This document shows positions 17,975-27,224 of a stretch of DNA of 64,000 nucleotides, piece by piece. The stretch's first letter is position 1, and each line of letters begins with the position of its first letter. Origin of the DNA: Bauldia sp. (GTDB taxonomy: Bacteria; Pseudomonadota; Alphaproteobacteria; Rhizobiales; Kaistiaceae); contig JAXMDC010000002.1 of the NCBI GenBank assembly GCA_046349035.1, positions 237,093-301,092 on the forward strand, given 5' to 3'. Position numbers and translations under genes: made by a program. Under the pieces are notes generated by a model. That model saw only the letters and a program-made list of their open reading frames with translations. It searched no databases and had not been told where the DNA came from.

Positions 17975-18691
17975 TCACGCCTTCCTGACCGGCGCAGGAT
18001 CGCGTCGCTCTGCATCGGTCAACAGCAGCCAACCGGCAACGACCACGACTCCAAGCGACATGACGCCAAAACACGCCGAGACGCCGAGCACGGCGGGGCT
18101 TGCGTGGGGGCTGAGAAGGGCCCCAAGGGGCGCAAGGAGACTAATTCCTCCAAGAAAACAAACAAACCGGGGAAGTCGCCTGTTGCGCACCGGTGCCGGA
18201 CAGCCGTCGGCCGGTGACCAGCCGCCCGGAAGGAAGAAGAACAGCAACCCGATACCAAGGACGGCCGCCGGGACGCTGGCGGTGAAAAGCGCGGCGTCGT
18301 TGCGGGCCGCGTCGCTCGTTGGCGGTGGCCAGAACGCGAACTCTGCGAGCTGGATTGAAAAAACCGCCAGCAGGAGCGACCCGTAAAAGAAAGCCATCAA
18401 CCCGTAGGCCTGACCGATAAGGGTCCGGCGCACGTCGATCTCAATGCGGTCGCCGAGCAGCCCCTTGAGCATCGGCGATGAAGACCGCCCGGTGTACATC
18501 GCCACAAGAGGGCGAAGCGACAGGACGCCGAGAATGATTGGAATCTGAACGGAGCCCGCGCCGGGCCGGAGCCAATACAGGGCGCTGGGAGCCACAAACG
18601 CGATTCCGAGCGTGCTACCGATTGCCCGCGCGTGGTAACGGCGTCGATCTCGGGCGCCGGCAAGCGTCTCAGAGGGCCGCGATATCCTCAT
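17975..18691 (-). CDS. Integral membrane protein, hypothetical. Lies within the block bracketed by the lgt-end direct repeats.
   Basis: At least 6 TM helices. Start tentatively at MRISRPSE. Confidence 0.4.
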   Translation of the reverse strand: MRISRPSETLAGARDRRRYHARAIGSTLGIAFVAPSALYWLRPGAGSVQIPIILGVLSLRPLVAMYTGRSSSPMLKGLLGDRIEIDVRRTLIGQAYGLMAFFYGSLLLAVFSIQLAEFAFWPPPTSDAARNDAALFTASVPAAVLGIGLLFFFLPGGWSPADGCPAPVRNRRLPRFVCFLGGISLLAPLGALLSPHASPAVLGVSACFGVMSLGVVVVAGWLLLTDAERRDPAPVRKA

Positions 18692-18872
18692 CGCTCGCCG
18701 CCTCGCCTCGGCGCGCTTGTGCAACGCCCTCCAGGATCGCCGCATGGGCCTTGGCGTCGATCGGCGCGGCGTTGCGGGCGGCGATCGCCATCAGGAGATC
18801 GGCCGCCTCGTCCTGGTCGGCCTCCGGCCATTGCCGAGCCTCGGCGACCGCATCTTCAAAGCGCTTGTTCAT
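18669..18872 (-). CDS. Small acidic protein resembling the 'putative addiction-module component' (TIGR02574-like) antitoxin family.
   Basis: 67 aa: MNKRFEDAVAEARQWPEADQDEAADLLMAIAARNAAP.... Helical, acidic. No cognate RelE/ParE-like toxin ORF was found next to it. Confidence 0.35.
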   Translation of the reverse strand: MNKRFEDAVAEARQWPEADQDEAADLLMAIAARNAAPIDAKAHAAILEGVAQARRGEAASDEDIAAL

Positions 18873-19573
18873 TGCCCGATCCTAGCACCCCGCCCGCGCG
18901 CCAGCATCAATGTGCCATAGGCGACGAGCGCCAGGCAAAGGAGGTGGAAGAGGTTGAGCGGGCCGAGCACCGCCGCGTAGGGCTTCAGGAACTCCCAGAG
19001 GAAGCGCTGCCCGGCATAGACGATGACGAGGAGATAGAAGCCGTTCGCCATGAAGAACGCATCGCGCCGCGCGAAAGCGAGGAGGGCATAGGCGAGGAAG
19101 GCCGCCATCGTCAGGCTCTCGTAGAGCGCCACCGGGTGGCGGGGGATGCCGTCGCCGAAATCCCAACCCCAACTCCCGCCGGTGGCGATCCCATAGGTGT
19201 GGTCGTCGAGGCCGGCGAGCAGGCAGCCGATCCGCCCGACCGCGACCGTCGTCGCAAAGCCGGCGACGAAGAGGAGGCCGGTCGAGCCCTTGATCCCTGC
19301 GATGCGCTTATAGACCTCGACCGTGAAGATCGCCCCGGCGAGCGAGCCGGCGATCGAGCGGCCGATGGCCGGAATTCCGGTGAGTGCGAGATTGGCGGTG
19401 CCGAAACCGTAGGCGCCGACGACCGAGCCGGCGATCAACGCCGCGACATAGGCCGACGAGAGCCGCCGCTCCGGGTCGCGGTCGGTGCCTTTCAGGCGCC
19501 AGAGATACACCCCCGCCGTCACCAGCGCCGACGCCGCCGCGGCGAGAAGGTCGAAGAGCGTGTGGACGGGCAT
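18869..19573 (-). CDS. Prolipoprotein diacylglyceryl transferase (Lgt)-family membrane protein.
   Basis: 234 aa. GSWGWDFGDGIPRHPVALYESL resembles the Lgt signature (G...R(H)P..LYE). Multiple TM helices. Real C-terminal part of the 463-aa ORF. Confidence 0.6.
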   Translation of the reverse strand: MPVHTLFDLLAAAASALVTAGVYLWRLKGTDRDPERRLSSAYVAALIAGSVVGAYGFGTANLALTGIPAIGRSIAGSLAGAIFTVEVYKRIAGIKGSTGLLFVAGFATTVAVGRIGCLLAGLDDHTYGIATGGSWGWDFGDGIPRHPVALYESLTMAAFLAYALLAFARRDAFFMANGFYLLVIVYAGQRFLWEFLKPYAAVLGPLNLFHLLCLALVAYGTLMLARGRGARIGQ

Positions 19574-19593
19574 GGCCTCCCCGCCCCGCCGCC

Positions 19594-20304
19594 CTAGTTC
19601 GCAGCGCCCGGCTGGAACACCACGCGGTCGTTGACGGCGTAGAGGATGCAGCGGGCGCCGGGATTGGCCTGGCAGTCGGCGGCCGCCTGGTCGATGGCGG
19701 CAAAGACCGTGTCGCCGGTCCGCCAGAGCCAGAACTGCGTCGGCGTGATGATGAGGGCCTTCGGCTTCGTCTCGCGTCCGTAGGCGCGGAGCAGCGCCTG
19801 GTCGGCCCGCGACAGGAACGGGATCTGGTCTGCGTCGAAGGCGGCCGCGGGCGCCACCAGCAGCCGCGGCTGCAGCGGCAGCGAACCGTCGGCGAGCCGC
19901 ACTTCCTTGCCGTTGATCGAGACGATCGCGCAGGCGACGGTGGTGTAGAACTCGCAGGCCTGCAGCGCTTGGCGGGCGAGGTCGGCGATCGAGTAGGGCT
20001 CGTTCGGCTTCACGACGAAGCGCGCCGCCCAGGAGTCGGTGCCGAAGGCGGCGGCGAAGACGAAGCCGGCGTTCTTGCCGTCCTGCATCTCCTCGATCGA
20101 CTCCTTGAGAACGCGGCGCGCCGTCTCGCTCAGCCACTCGTACTTGGCGGGGTCGATGTCGCGGCTGCCGATGGCGACGATCGGCTCGGCCGGGCCTTCC
20201 GCCGATGCCGGCGACGAAGCGGCCAGCAGAGCGGCGGCAAGCGCCGCGCCGACGACGCATCCGAAGAACCGCCCGACGGCGGCGAAGGAACGCCCGAACG
20301 CCAT
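19594..20304 (-). CDS. Secreted hypothetical protein.
   Basis: 236 aa. Signal peptide AALAAALLAASSPASA|EGP, then a soluble domain with 4 Cys. Confidence 0.55.
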   Translation of the reverse strand: MAFGRSFAAVGRFFGCVVGAALAAALLAASSPASAEGPAEPIVAIGSRDIDPAKYEWLSETARRVLKESIEEMQDGKNAGFVFAAAFGTDSWAARFVVKPNEPYSIADLARQALQACEFYTTVACAIVSINGKEVRLADGSLPLQPRLLVAPAAAFDADQIPFLSRADQALLRAYGRETKPKALIITPTQFWLWRTGDTVFAAIDQAAADCQANPGARCILYAVNDRVVFQPGAAN

Positions 20305-20499
20305 GACCCGAACCCCTTGCGATGCCGACCCCGGCGGCTCGCTCGCCGCCGGATTTCCCGGCCGGGACAATAGGTTGGCGCGGCCGGAGGGGTCAACGCG
20401 GGGAGGGGGCGGCGCCGCCTCGATCTTGCGCCCGCTCAAGGCGTCGGCCCGCCGCGGCGTCCATCTTCTATTCAAACCCCTACTCCCCGGAGGCCGCCG

Positions 20500-21489
20500 A
20501 TGCCCCGCCGCCGCGTCGTCCTTGCCGCAATCGCCGTGGCGCTTGTTGCCGCCGCCGGCGCCGTCGCCTGGAGCTACAACACCGACCTTGCCCGCGCCCG
20601 CGCCGCGCTTGGCGAAGGCGCGCTGATCGCCGAGACGGCCGCCGGCCGCATCGAGTATGCCGACCGCGGCAGCGGCCCGCCGCTCCTCTCCATCCACGGC
20701 GCCGGCGGCGGCTTCGACCAGGGCCTCGCCAACGCCGCCGACCTCGTCGGCGCCGGCTATCGCGTCATCGCTCCCTCGCGCTTCGGCTATCTCGGCACGG
20801 CGGTGCCGGCCGATCCGCTGCCGGCCCGCCAGGCCGACGCACATGCGGCGCTTTTGGATACGCTCGGCATCGACAGGGCGGTGGTGGTTGGCGTCTCGGC
20901 CGGGGCCCGCTCCGCCCTCGAACTCGCGCTTCGCCATCCGCAGCGCGTGTCGGCGCTGGTGCTGATCGTGCCCGGCACCTATGCGCCGGAGAGCCCGGTG
21001 ATGATCGAGGAGAGCCGCGGCAGCCAGCTCGCCTTCGCGCTCGTCAACGCCGGCGCCGACTTCGCCTGGTGGAGCCTGGAGAAACTCGCGCCCGACGTCC
21101 TCACCCGCTTCCTCGGCGTGCCGCCCGAACTCCTAGCCCGTGTCTCGCCCGCCGAACGCGCCCGCGCCGAGGCGATCCGGGCGAGCGTCCAGCCGCTCTC
21201 GCGCCGCGTCGCCGGCATCAATGTCGACAGCCGGCCCGATCTCGCGCCGCTGCCGCTGGAGAAGATCGCCGCGCCGACGCTGGTGATCTCGGCCCGGGAC
21301 GATCTTTTCAATACCCGCCCGGCTGCCGAGCACGCCGCCGCGGGCATTCCCGGCGCGAGGCTCATCGTCTACGAGAACGGCGGCCATCTCCTGGTCGGCC
21401 GTCAGGCGGAGGCCCGCGCCGCCGTCGCTAGCTTTCTCGCCACGGCCGGCCTTGCGCCGGGAGCCGTCCTCGGCGCCGCGACGCGATAA
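20500..21489 (+). CDS. Alpha/beta-fold hydrolase.
   Basis: 329 aa. N-terminal membrane anchor, HGAGGG oxyanion-hole region, GVSAGA nucleophile elbow (GxSxG), C-terminal His region (GGHLL). Confidence 0.8.
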   Translation: MPRRRVVLAAIAVALVAAAGAVAWSYNTDLARARAALGEGALIAETAAGRIEYADRGSGPPLLSIHGAGGGFDQGLANAADLVGAGYRVIAPSRFGYLGTAVPADPLPARQADAHAALLDTLGIDRAVVVGVSAGARSALELALRHPQRVSALVLIVPGTYAPESPVMIEESRGSQLAFALVNAGADFAWWSLEKLAPDVLTRFLGVPPELLARVSPAERARAEAIRASVQPLSRRVAGINVDSRPDLAPLPLEKIAAPTLVISARDDLFNTRPAAEHAAAGIPGARLIVYENGGHLLVGRQAEARAAVASFLATAGLAPGAVLGAATR

Positions 21490-21568
21490 CGGGAACGCCC
21501 CGTAACCTCCGGCGGCGTCCGGGCGTATTCTCTTCGCCGGGATGCGTCTGGTCGCTGGGAGAGGGGAT

Positions 21569-22591
21569 ATGCGTTCGTTGAGATCGACCGGCAGGGCCCG
21601 CCCGGCGGCCGGCCTCGCCGCCGCCCTTGCCCTTGCAGCGCTAGCGACCGCCGCCCTGCCGGGCCACCCGCTTGCCCAGGCCGCCGCCGACGCCGCCTGC
21701 AGCGGTGGCGTCCTCGCTGCCCTCGGTTCTCCCCCGGCGATCCGCTGCCTCCGCCCGGGCGATGTCTTCCGCGATTGTGCCGAGCCTTGCCCGGAGATGG
21801 TCGTCGTTCCCGCCGGCAGCTTCCTCATGGGCTCGCCCGAGGGCGAGGCCGACCGCAGCGAGGACGAGGGGCCGCTGCATCGCGTCGCCATCGCCGCGCC
21901 CTTCGCCGTTGCCCGCCTGGAAGTGACGCGGGGCGCCTTCGCCGCATTCGTCGCCGAGACCGGCTACGCCCCGCCGCCCGGCTGCCATGTGGCCATTCCC
22001 TCCGGCTTTGCCGACGGGCGCAACAAGACCTTCCGCGATCCCGCCTTCGCGCAGGACGACCGCCATCCGGCGGTCTGCGTCAGCCACGACGACGCCGACG
22101 CCTTTCTCGCCTGGCTCACGCGGCAGGCCGGCACGCCCTACCGGCTGCTCAGCGAGGCGGAGTGGGAATACGCCGCCCGCGCCGGCAACGCGTCGGATTT
22201 CGCCTTCGGCGCGCCCGAGCGCCAATGCGCCGCCGTCAACGCCGCCGACCTCGCCTTCGAAGCGACCTTCGCCGGCTGGGAGGCCGCCGATTGCGACGAT
22301 GGCGCGGTCTACACCGCGCCCGGCGGCAGCTATCCGCCGAACGCCTTCGGCCTCCACGACATGACCGGCAATGTCTGGGAGTGGACGGCCGACTGCTACC
22401 ACGAGGACTACACCGGCGCCCCGGCCGACGGCACGCCCTGGCTCGCCGGCGAGTGCCGCACCCGCGTCTCGCGCGGCGGCTCCTTCGTCGACGCGCCGCG
22501 CTACCTTCGCCCCGCTTACCGCGACGGCAATCCGCCCGACGCCCGCTTCAGCGTGCTCGGCTTCCGCGTCGCGCGGAGCCTGACGCGCTGA
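21569..22591 (+). CDS. Formylglycine-generating enzyme (FGE-sulfatase/SUMF1-type) domain protein, secreted.
   Basis: MVVVPAGSFLMGSP...HRV..., ...YRLLSEAEWEYAARAG..., GNVWEWTADCY, RVSRGGSF: the canonical FGE-sulfatase domain blocks. Confidence 0.8.
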   Translation: MRSLRSTGRARPAAGLAAALALAALATAALPGHPLAQAAADAACSGGVLAALGSPPAIRCLRPGDVFRDCAEPCPEMVVVPAGSFLMGSPEGEADRSEDEGPLHRVAIAAPFAVARLEVTRGAFAAFVAETGYAPPPGCHVAIPSGFADGRNKTFRDPAFAQDDRHPAVCVSHDDADAFLAWLTRQAGTPYRLLSEAEWEYAARAGNASDFAFGAPERQCAAVNAADLAFEATFAGWEAADCDDGAVYTAPGGSYPPNAFGLHDMTGNVWEWTADCYHEDYTGAPADGTPWLAGECRTRVSRGGSFVDAPRYLRPAYRDGNPPDARFSVLGFRVARSLTR

Positions 22592-22723
22592 GCGCTGGCG
22601 CCGAGCGGAATCCGCTGTAACCTTTCCCCCGCCTGCAGCGAATAGAGTGATTAGCCCCGGCCGCTGCGCTGGGGGCGAAGCAGCCATTGAGCGAAACACC
22701 CATTGAGGGGAGCCGCAGTTCCG

Positions 22724-23122
22724 ATGATCACCCGCCGCCATCTCTTCGCCCTGGCCGCCGTCGCCGGCGCCGCCGCCATGCTTCCGATCGCCGCGCCGGC
22801 CGCCGAGACCAAGCCCTATACCGACGGCGCCTTCGACATCGCCCAGAAGGCGGGGAAGTCGATCCTGGTTCAGATCCACGCCACTTGGTGCCCGACCTGC
22901 GCCGCGCAGGCGCCGATCCTCGCCGACCTCGAGCGCGATCCGAAGTTCCAGAACCTCGTCGTCTTCCATGTCGATTTCGACGATCAGAAGGACGCCGTCC
23001 GCCGCTTCGGCGCGCGCATGCAGTCGACGCTGATCACCTTCAAGAACGGCCGCGAGACCGGCCGCTCGGTCGGCGAGACCCGCCGCCCCGAACTCGCCGC
23101 GCTGCTCGCCAAGGCGGTCTGA
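22724..23122 (+). CDS. Periplasmic thioredoxin-family protein (WCPTC active site). Tat/Sec signal.
   Basis: MITRRHLFALAAVAGAAAM signal. HATWCPTCAAQAP thioredoxin CxxC motif. Confidence 0.75.
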   Translation: MITRRHLFALAAVAGAAAMLPIAAPAAETKPYTDGAFDIAQKAGKSILVQIHATWCPTCAAQAPILADLERDPKFQNLVVFHVDFDDQKDAVRRFGARMQSTLITFKNGRETGRSVGETRRPELAALLAKAV

Positions 23123-23211
23123 GCCGCGGCGCGGCCGCCGTCCCCGCGCCCCCCACGGGGACGGTTGGCCGGCGGCGCCCCCGCCCCCGGCCGCCCGGCG
23201 CCTGACGCACC

Positions 23212-23943
23212 ATGTCCCTTGCGACGCTGGCTCTCGCCTTCCTTGCCGGGGCGCTGACCGTTCTTTCGCCGTGCGTCCTGCCGTTATTGCCGATCGTCCT
23301 CGCCAGCGCGGCCGGCGGTCGTCGCTTCGGCCCCCTGGCGCTCGCCGCCGGTCTGGCGACCTCCTTCGTCGCTGTCGGCCTTTTCCTCGCGACCGCCGGC
23401 TTCGCCCTCGGCATCGACGACCGCGCCTTTCGCACGTTCGGCGCCGTCGCGATGATCGCCGTCGGCGCGCTGCTGACCGTGCCCGCCCTGCAGACGCGGC
23501 TTGCCGCCGCCGGCGCCCCGCTCGCCCGCTGGGCCGACGCTCGCATCGCCGGCATCGGCGGCGGGGAGGGGACGGGGCCGCTCGGCCAATTCCTGATCGG
23601 CCTCCTCCTCGGCGCGGTGTGGAGTCCCTGCGTCGGGCCGACGCTCGGGGCGGCCTCGGTGCTGGCGGCGCAGGGCGAAGCGCTCGGCGAGGTGGCGCTG
23701 ACGATGCTTCTCTTCGGTTTCGGCGCCGCCGCGCCGCTGGTCGCGATCGGCCTTGCCTCGCGCGAGGTGTTGACGCGCTGGCGGAGCCGCCTGCTGCATG
23801 GCGGCCGGGCGCTTAAGATGGCGATGGGCGCGGTGTTTCTGGTCCTCGGCCTTGCCGTGCTCACCGGCCTCGACAAGCGCATCGAGACCGCCCTGGTCGA
23901 ACTTTCGCCGGACTGGCTGACCGCCCTGACGACGCGCTTCTGA
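23212..23943 (+). CDS. ccdA: Cytochrome c biogenesis/thiol-disulfide transporter CcdA (DsbD beta-domain family).
   Basis: 243 aa. Two conserved Cys in TM helices (LSPCVLPLLP and WSPCVGPTLG), diagnostic of CcdA/DsbD. Confidence 0.8.
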   Translation: MSLATLALAFLAGALTVLSPCVLPLLPIVLASAAGGRRFGPLALAAGLATSFVAVGLFLATAGFALGIDDRAFRTFGAVAMIAVGALLTVPALQTRLAAAGAPLARWADARIAGIGGGEGTGPLGQFLIGLLLGAVWSPCVGPTLGAASVLAAQGEALGEVALTMLLFGFGAAAPLVAIGLASREVLTRWRSRLLHGGRALKMAMGAVFLVLGLAVLTGLDKRIETALVELSPDWLTALTTRF

Positions 23944-23995
23944 TACCGCGGGTCGGCCTACCGCGCGGCCGGCGCGGCCCGCTCTCCCGCAACAA

Positions 23996-24072
23996 AAGGG
24001 CGGCGCCCTGCCGCCGCCCTTCTTGCTTGCGGGCCCGGCCGCAGGGACGGCCGGGCCCGCTTGCTCTTCTGC
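23996..24072. terminator. Two tandem GC-rich hairpins after ccdA; the second is bidirectional for the convergent gene.
   Basis: Hairpin 1: AGGGCGGCG-ccctg-CCGCCGCCCT, followed by CTTGCTTG. Hairpin 2: GCGGGCCCGGCC-gcagggac-GGCCGGGCCCGC (12-bp perfect stem), followed by TTGCTCTTCTGC. Confidence 0.5.
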
Positions 24073-24078
24073 TCCCGG

Positions 24079-24303
24079 CTAGTCGCCGGTGACGACCTGC
24101 CACTCCGCTGCGCCTTCGCGCACGGCGCGGCCGGCAAGCCCGCCGAGAAACGCCATAAGCTTGGCTCCGCCATCCGGCGTCAGCGCGAAATGGCAGCGGC
24201 TTCCGTTGGCGGTCACAACTGTCACTCCAATCATTTGGCCATTGTCGATCAATTGCCCCTCAAACGCGCTTGCCACCGGCAGCGCGCCCTCTTCCTCCTC
24301 CAT
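24079..24303 (-). CDS. Small hypothetical protein (74 aa).
   Basis: MEEEEGALPVASAFEGQLIDNGQMIGVTVVTANGSRCHFALTPDGGAKLMAFLGGLAG... Plausible globular composition. Low certainty. Confidence 0.3.
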   Translation of the reverse strand: MEEEEGALPVASAFEGQLIDNGQMIGVTVVTANGSRCHFALTPDGGAKLMAFLGGLAGRAVREGAAEWQVVTGD

Positions 24304-24563
24304 TCTCAACTCCAACGTGCTAGAAAACTCCCGGCGAAATGGCCGACTCCGCACGCGCCTACATTGCGACAAATCAAAAACGCGCGGCAAGGGTGCCGGC
24401 CTCCCCGGTAACAAAAACAACGCTCGGGCTGGAGGGTGGTTCCCGGCAAGGCGCTGCAGCCGCCCCGGCGGCGGCGGCAGCAGACAGGTTCGCGTGCGCG
24501 ATCGCCGGCAGCGAGGCGGAAGCGCTGGGAACGAGGGGCTATTGGCGGGGGGAAGCGCTCAGC

Positions 24564-25115
24564 TCAGCGCCGCGTGGCGCTCGCCGGCAGCTCGATGCGG
24601 CTGAGGCGCCAGCTGCCGCTCCACGTCCAATGCGTGGTGACGACCGGGCTCTTCTCCGAGCTGGCAAGATCGAGGCGGAAGCTGATCGGCCCGCTGAAGA
24701 ACGCCCAGCGGACATTGCCGAGGCCGAAGCGCTGCGTGCTCGACCCGCCGGAGGCCGGTGCGGTCGCGCCTTGCCCGGCGGGGGCCGCCGGTGCGGCATT
24801 GCCGCCGGAGCCCGGCCGCACGCCGGAGAGCAGCGAGACGATCCCCGCCGGCGTCAGATACTGCTGCAGCGCCGCGTCGATGAACGGCCGCCCGAACGCG
24901 CCGAGGATGGCGTTCTGCTGTTGGTTGCGGGCAAGGCCGGCGGAGAGTTCGTCGGCGAGGCTGGCGCGAAGCGCCGGCCAGTCGACCGCCGCGTCGATCC
25001 CCGCCGCGTCGCGCGCTTCGAGCGCCCGGGCAAAGAGATAGATCGAGACATAGGGCCAACCCGCCCAGCCAAGGACGACAACCCCAAGCGCAATCAGAAC
25101 CAGGCGGCGCCGCAT
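24564..25115 (-). CDS. Membrane-anchored hypothetical protein.
   Basis: Start at MRRRLVLIALGVVVLGWAGWPYVSIYLF (N-terminal anchor), then a soluble domain. Confidence 0.5.
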   Translation of the reverse strand: MRRRLVLIALGVVVLGWAGWPYVSIYLFARALEARDAAGIDAAVDWPALRASLADELSAGLARNQQQNAILGAFGRPFIDAALQQYLTPAGIVSLLSGVRPGSGGNAAPAAPAGQGATAPASGGSSTQRFGLGNVRWAFFSGPISFRLDLASSEKSPVVTTHWTWSGSWRLSRIELPASATRR

Positions 25116-25466
25116 GGCGTCAGACTCGGCCAATCCGCGCCCCGGAGCAAGGGGGAGGGGGCGTTAGTCGCGGCGCCGAACGCAGGTCGCCGCATATGCG
25201 GTCGCGATAAGCAGCACGCCGATGGCTTCGGTCTCGTGTCCATCAAGCGCGTAAAGGACGGCGACGATGCAGTGAGCGACGGCGATGGCAGCGTGGCGAA
25301 GATCGATGGTCACGCGGAGTGCCTCCGGTTGAGAGGCCTCCCATTCACAGCATGTCGAAGGTGCCGGCAACGCACAGGCTATGAGACGGCCGGAAGCGAG
25401 GCGGTTGCTGCTCGCCCCCGCTCGATCTGCCTGTCACATGCGTGACGAGCGTGACCGATCGCGCCC

Positions 25467-25823
25467 CTAACTCCCCGTGCGCTTCAGCAGTGCTTCGGCG
25501 ACGCGGCTGACTTGGGCGCGTTCTTCGGGCGTGGCGCGCTTCAGATTGTCGAGGATCGACCAGAGCGCGTCGGTGTCGAGCGGGTTGCGGTTGATGAGGT
25601 CGGTGTCCTCGCAGCCGAGCGCCCAGGAGAGCGATTCGATGATCGGCTGCGTATAGGGCTGCTTGCCGTTTTCCAGGCGGCTTAGGGTCGACTTGGAGAA
25701 GCCCTCCAGGCGGTCGCGCACGCGCTCCACCAGACGGTCCTGCGACAGCTCGCGATGGAGCCGCCACTCGCGGATGAAAGTCCGGCGCAAGGGCGCCAGA
25801 CGCGATGAAACGCGCTTCGGCAT
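25467..25823 (-). CDS. XRE-family helix-turn-helix transcriptional regulator (phage-repressor-like).
   Basis: 118 aa. LSQDRLVERVRDRLEGFSKSTLSRLENGKQPYTQPIIESLSWALGC is an HTH_XRE domain. Confidence 0.7.
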   Translation of the reverse strand: MPKRVSSRLAPLRRTFIREWRLHRELSQDRLVERVRDRLEGFSKSTLSRLENGKQPYTQPIIESLSWALGCEDTDLINRNPLDTDALWSILDNLKRATPEERAQVSRVAEALLKRTGS

Positions 25824-25915
25824 TATTCCCTCTTACGGAACAATGCCTTAGGAGTCGTTACGGCTAGCAGCAACAAAACCGCTTGACAGTTATTCCATGA
25901 GAAGGAATATTCCTT
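25818..25915. promoter_or_regulatory. AT-rich promoter region upstream of the XRE gene with two related palindromic operator-like sites.
   Basis: First site: GGCATTATTCCCTCTTACGGAACAATGCC, overlapping the start codon. Second site: a 32-nt near-perfect palindrome TTCCATGAGAAGGAATATTCCTTCTTATGGAA. Half-site is TTCCnTnAGAAGGAATA. Confidence 0.5.
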
Positions 25916-26083
25916 CTTATGGAACGCCTGGAAGCGCCCGTAGAAGGGGTAAAACCCTCTCCCCACCTCAGGGTCCCCGTTGCCGAGAGCCGCGCTCGCC
26001 CAAGGGGCGCCAGGCCGGCAGGGGCGCTTGCCCGCGTTCCAAGGAGCGGCCCGCTGTCCTCCCCAGCCCTGCCGCATCCCGGG

Positions 26084-26212
26084 GCGGCGCCTTTTGGCGT
26101 CGCCCCGCTTTTCCCTTGGAAGAATTGGGCGGCGCCTTCTGGCGTCGTCCCGCTTGTCCCTCGGAAGAACTGCGCGGCGCCTTGCGGCGTCGCCCCGCTT
26201 TCCCCTTCGGTA
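26084..26212. repeat. About 2.8 copies of a 45-bp tandem direct repeat in the intergenic space.
   Basis: Unit GGCGGCGCCTTYTGGCGTCGYCCCGCTTNTCCCTYGGAAGAAYTG, repeated head-to-tail (26084-26128, 26129-26173, then a partial copy). Confidence 0.7.
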
Positions 26213-26236
26213 CCCGCAGCCGCCGCGGCGCCCCGC

Positions 26237-26770
26237 CTAGTCGCCGGCGTAGAGTGCCGGCGGGGTGGGGGCAGGTGCCTCGCTCCCGGCGAATGTCTTG
26301 GCGATCCGGCCGAGCGCGGCGAGGAATGCGCTGCGCGGGAAGACCAGCCGCGCCACGATCACCCGCTCCGTCGCCCGCCCATGCGGCCGGTCGGCATAGC
26401 AGGTGATGCGCACGTGATCGCCGTGATCCTCCGGCGGCATCACGCCGGTGACGAAACTGTCCAGCACCAGCGCCGGCTCGATCGGCACCGGCTCGCGCTC
26501 GCGCCGCGCGCTCCGTCCGCCGAGCGGCAGCGCCTTGGCGGCGGCCATCGCCGCGATCTCTGCCGGCCGCTCCTCGGCAAGGCCTCCGGGCGCCGCCGCC
26601 GCGCCGTCCGCGGCGGCCTTCAATCCCGTCCTCTGCGCCTCTGTAGCTTCGCTTGTGCCGGCCCCCGTCGGCTGTTCGATCGGCTGGGCGCCCTTCTCGC
26701 CCGCCTTGCCCAACTCCGGCGGAACGGGCGCGCCTCCGGCGCCCTCCACCAGTTTCATGCGTCCCATCAA
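26237..26770 (-). CDS. Hypothetical protein (C-terminal real part of a long Arg-rich artefact ORF).
   Basis: From MKLVEGAGG... to ...LVLDSFVTGVMPPEDHGDHVRITCYADRPHGRATERVIVARLVFPRSAFLAALGRIAKTF. Balanced composition. Confidence 0.35.
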   Translation of the reverse strand: MMGRMKLVEGAGGAPVPPELGKAGEKGAQPIEQPTGAGTSEATEAQRTGLKAAADGAAAAPGGLAEERPAEIAAMAAAKALPLGGRSARREREPVPIEPALVLDSFVTGVMPPEDHGDHVRITCYADRPHGRATERVIVARLVFPRSAFLAALGRIAKTFAGSEAPAPTPPALYAGD

Positions 26771-27224
26771 GACCTCCGCATCGCGGACCGCACCCCCTGC
26801 CGACACAGCACGGAAAGATTGTACAGGCGTTCCCGTTTTGTCCGAGATCACGACTGCGTGACAGTGCGACCCGGCCCCAAAGAGGCGGCCAAAGCGTGAG
26901 CAGCGCGGCGTTTCTGGTCCTGCCGATGGCCGCGATAGCGGCGCTGGCAAAGGCGGCGCTCCACGTCGAAATGCGTCTCGCGGCATCGGAGAAGACGAGT
27001 AGCTGCAGAGGCATACGCCAGGTCGGCGCGCCGCTCCGGCCGCTGCCGCGGCGTCGGCGCGAGCCGGCATTACCGCCGGACGGGGAGGGGACCGGCATCG
27101 GCTCGCCGCTCGTTCCCCTCGCCGCGTCGCGATCCGGCTGCGCCCGTCGCGAACGTACAATCTTCCACCATAACGGGAACGGCCCTCCCACTTCCGCTCC
27201 GCCGGTGCCGGCGAATGCCGCCAA

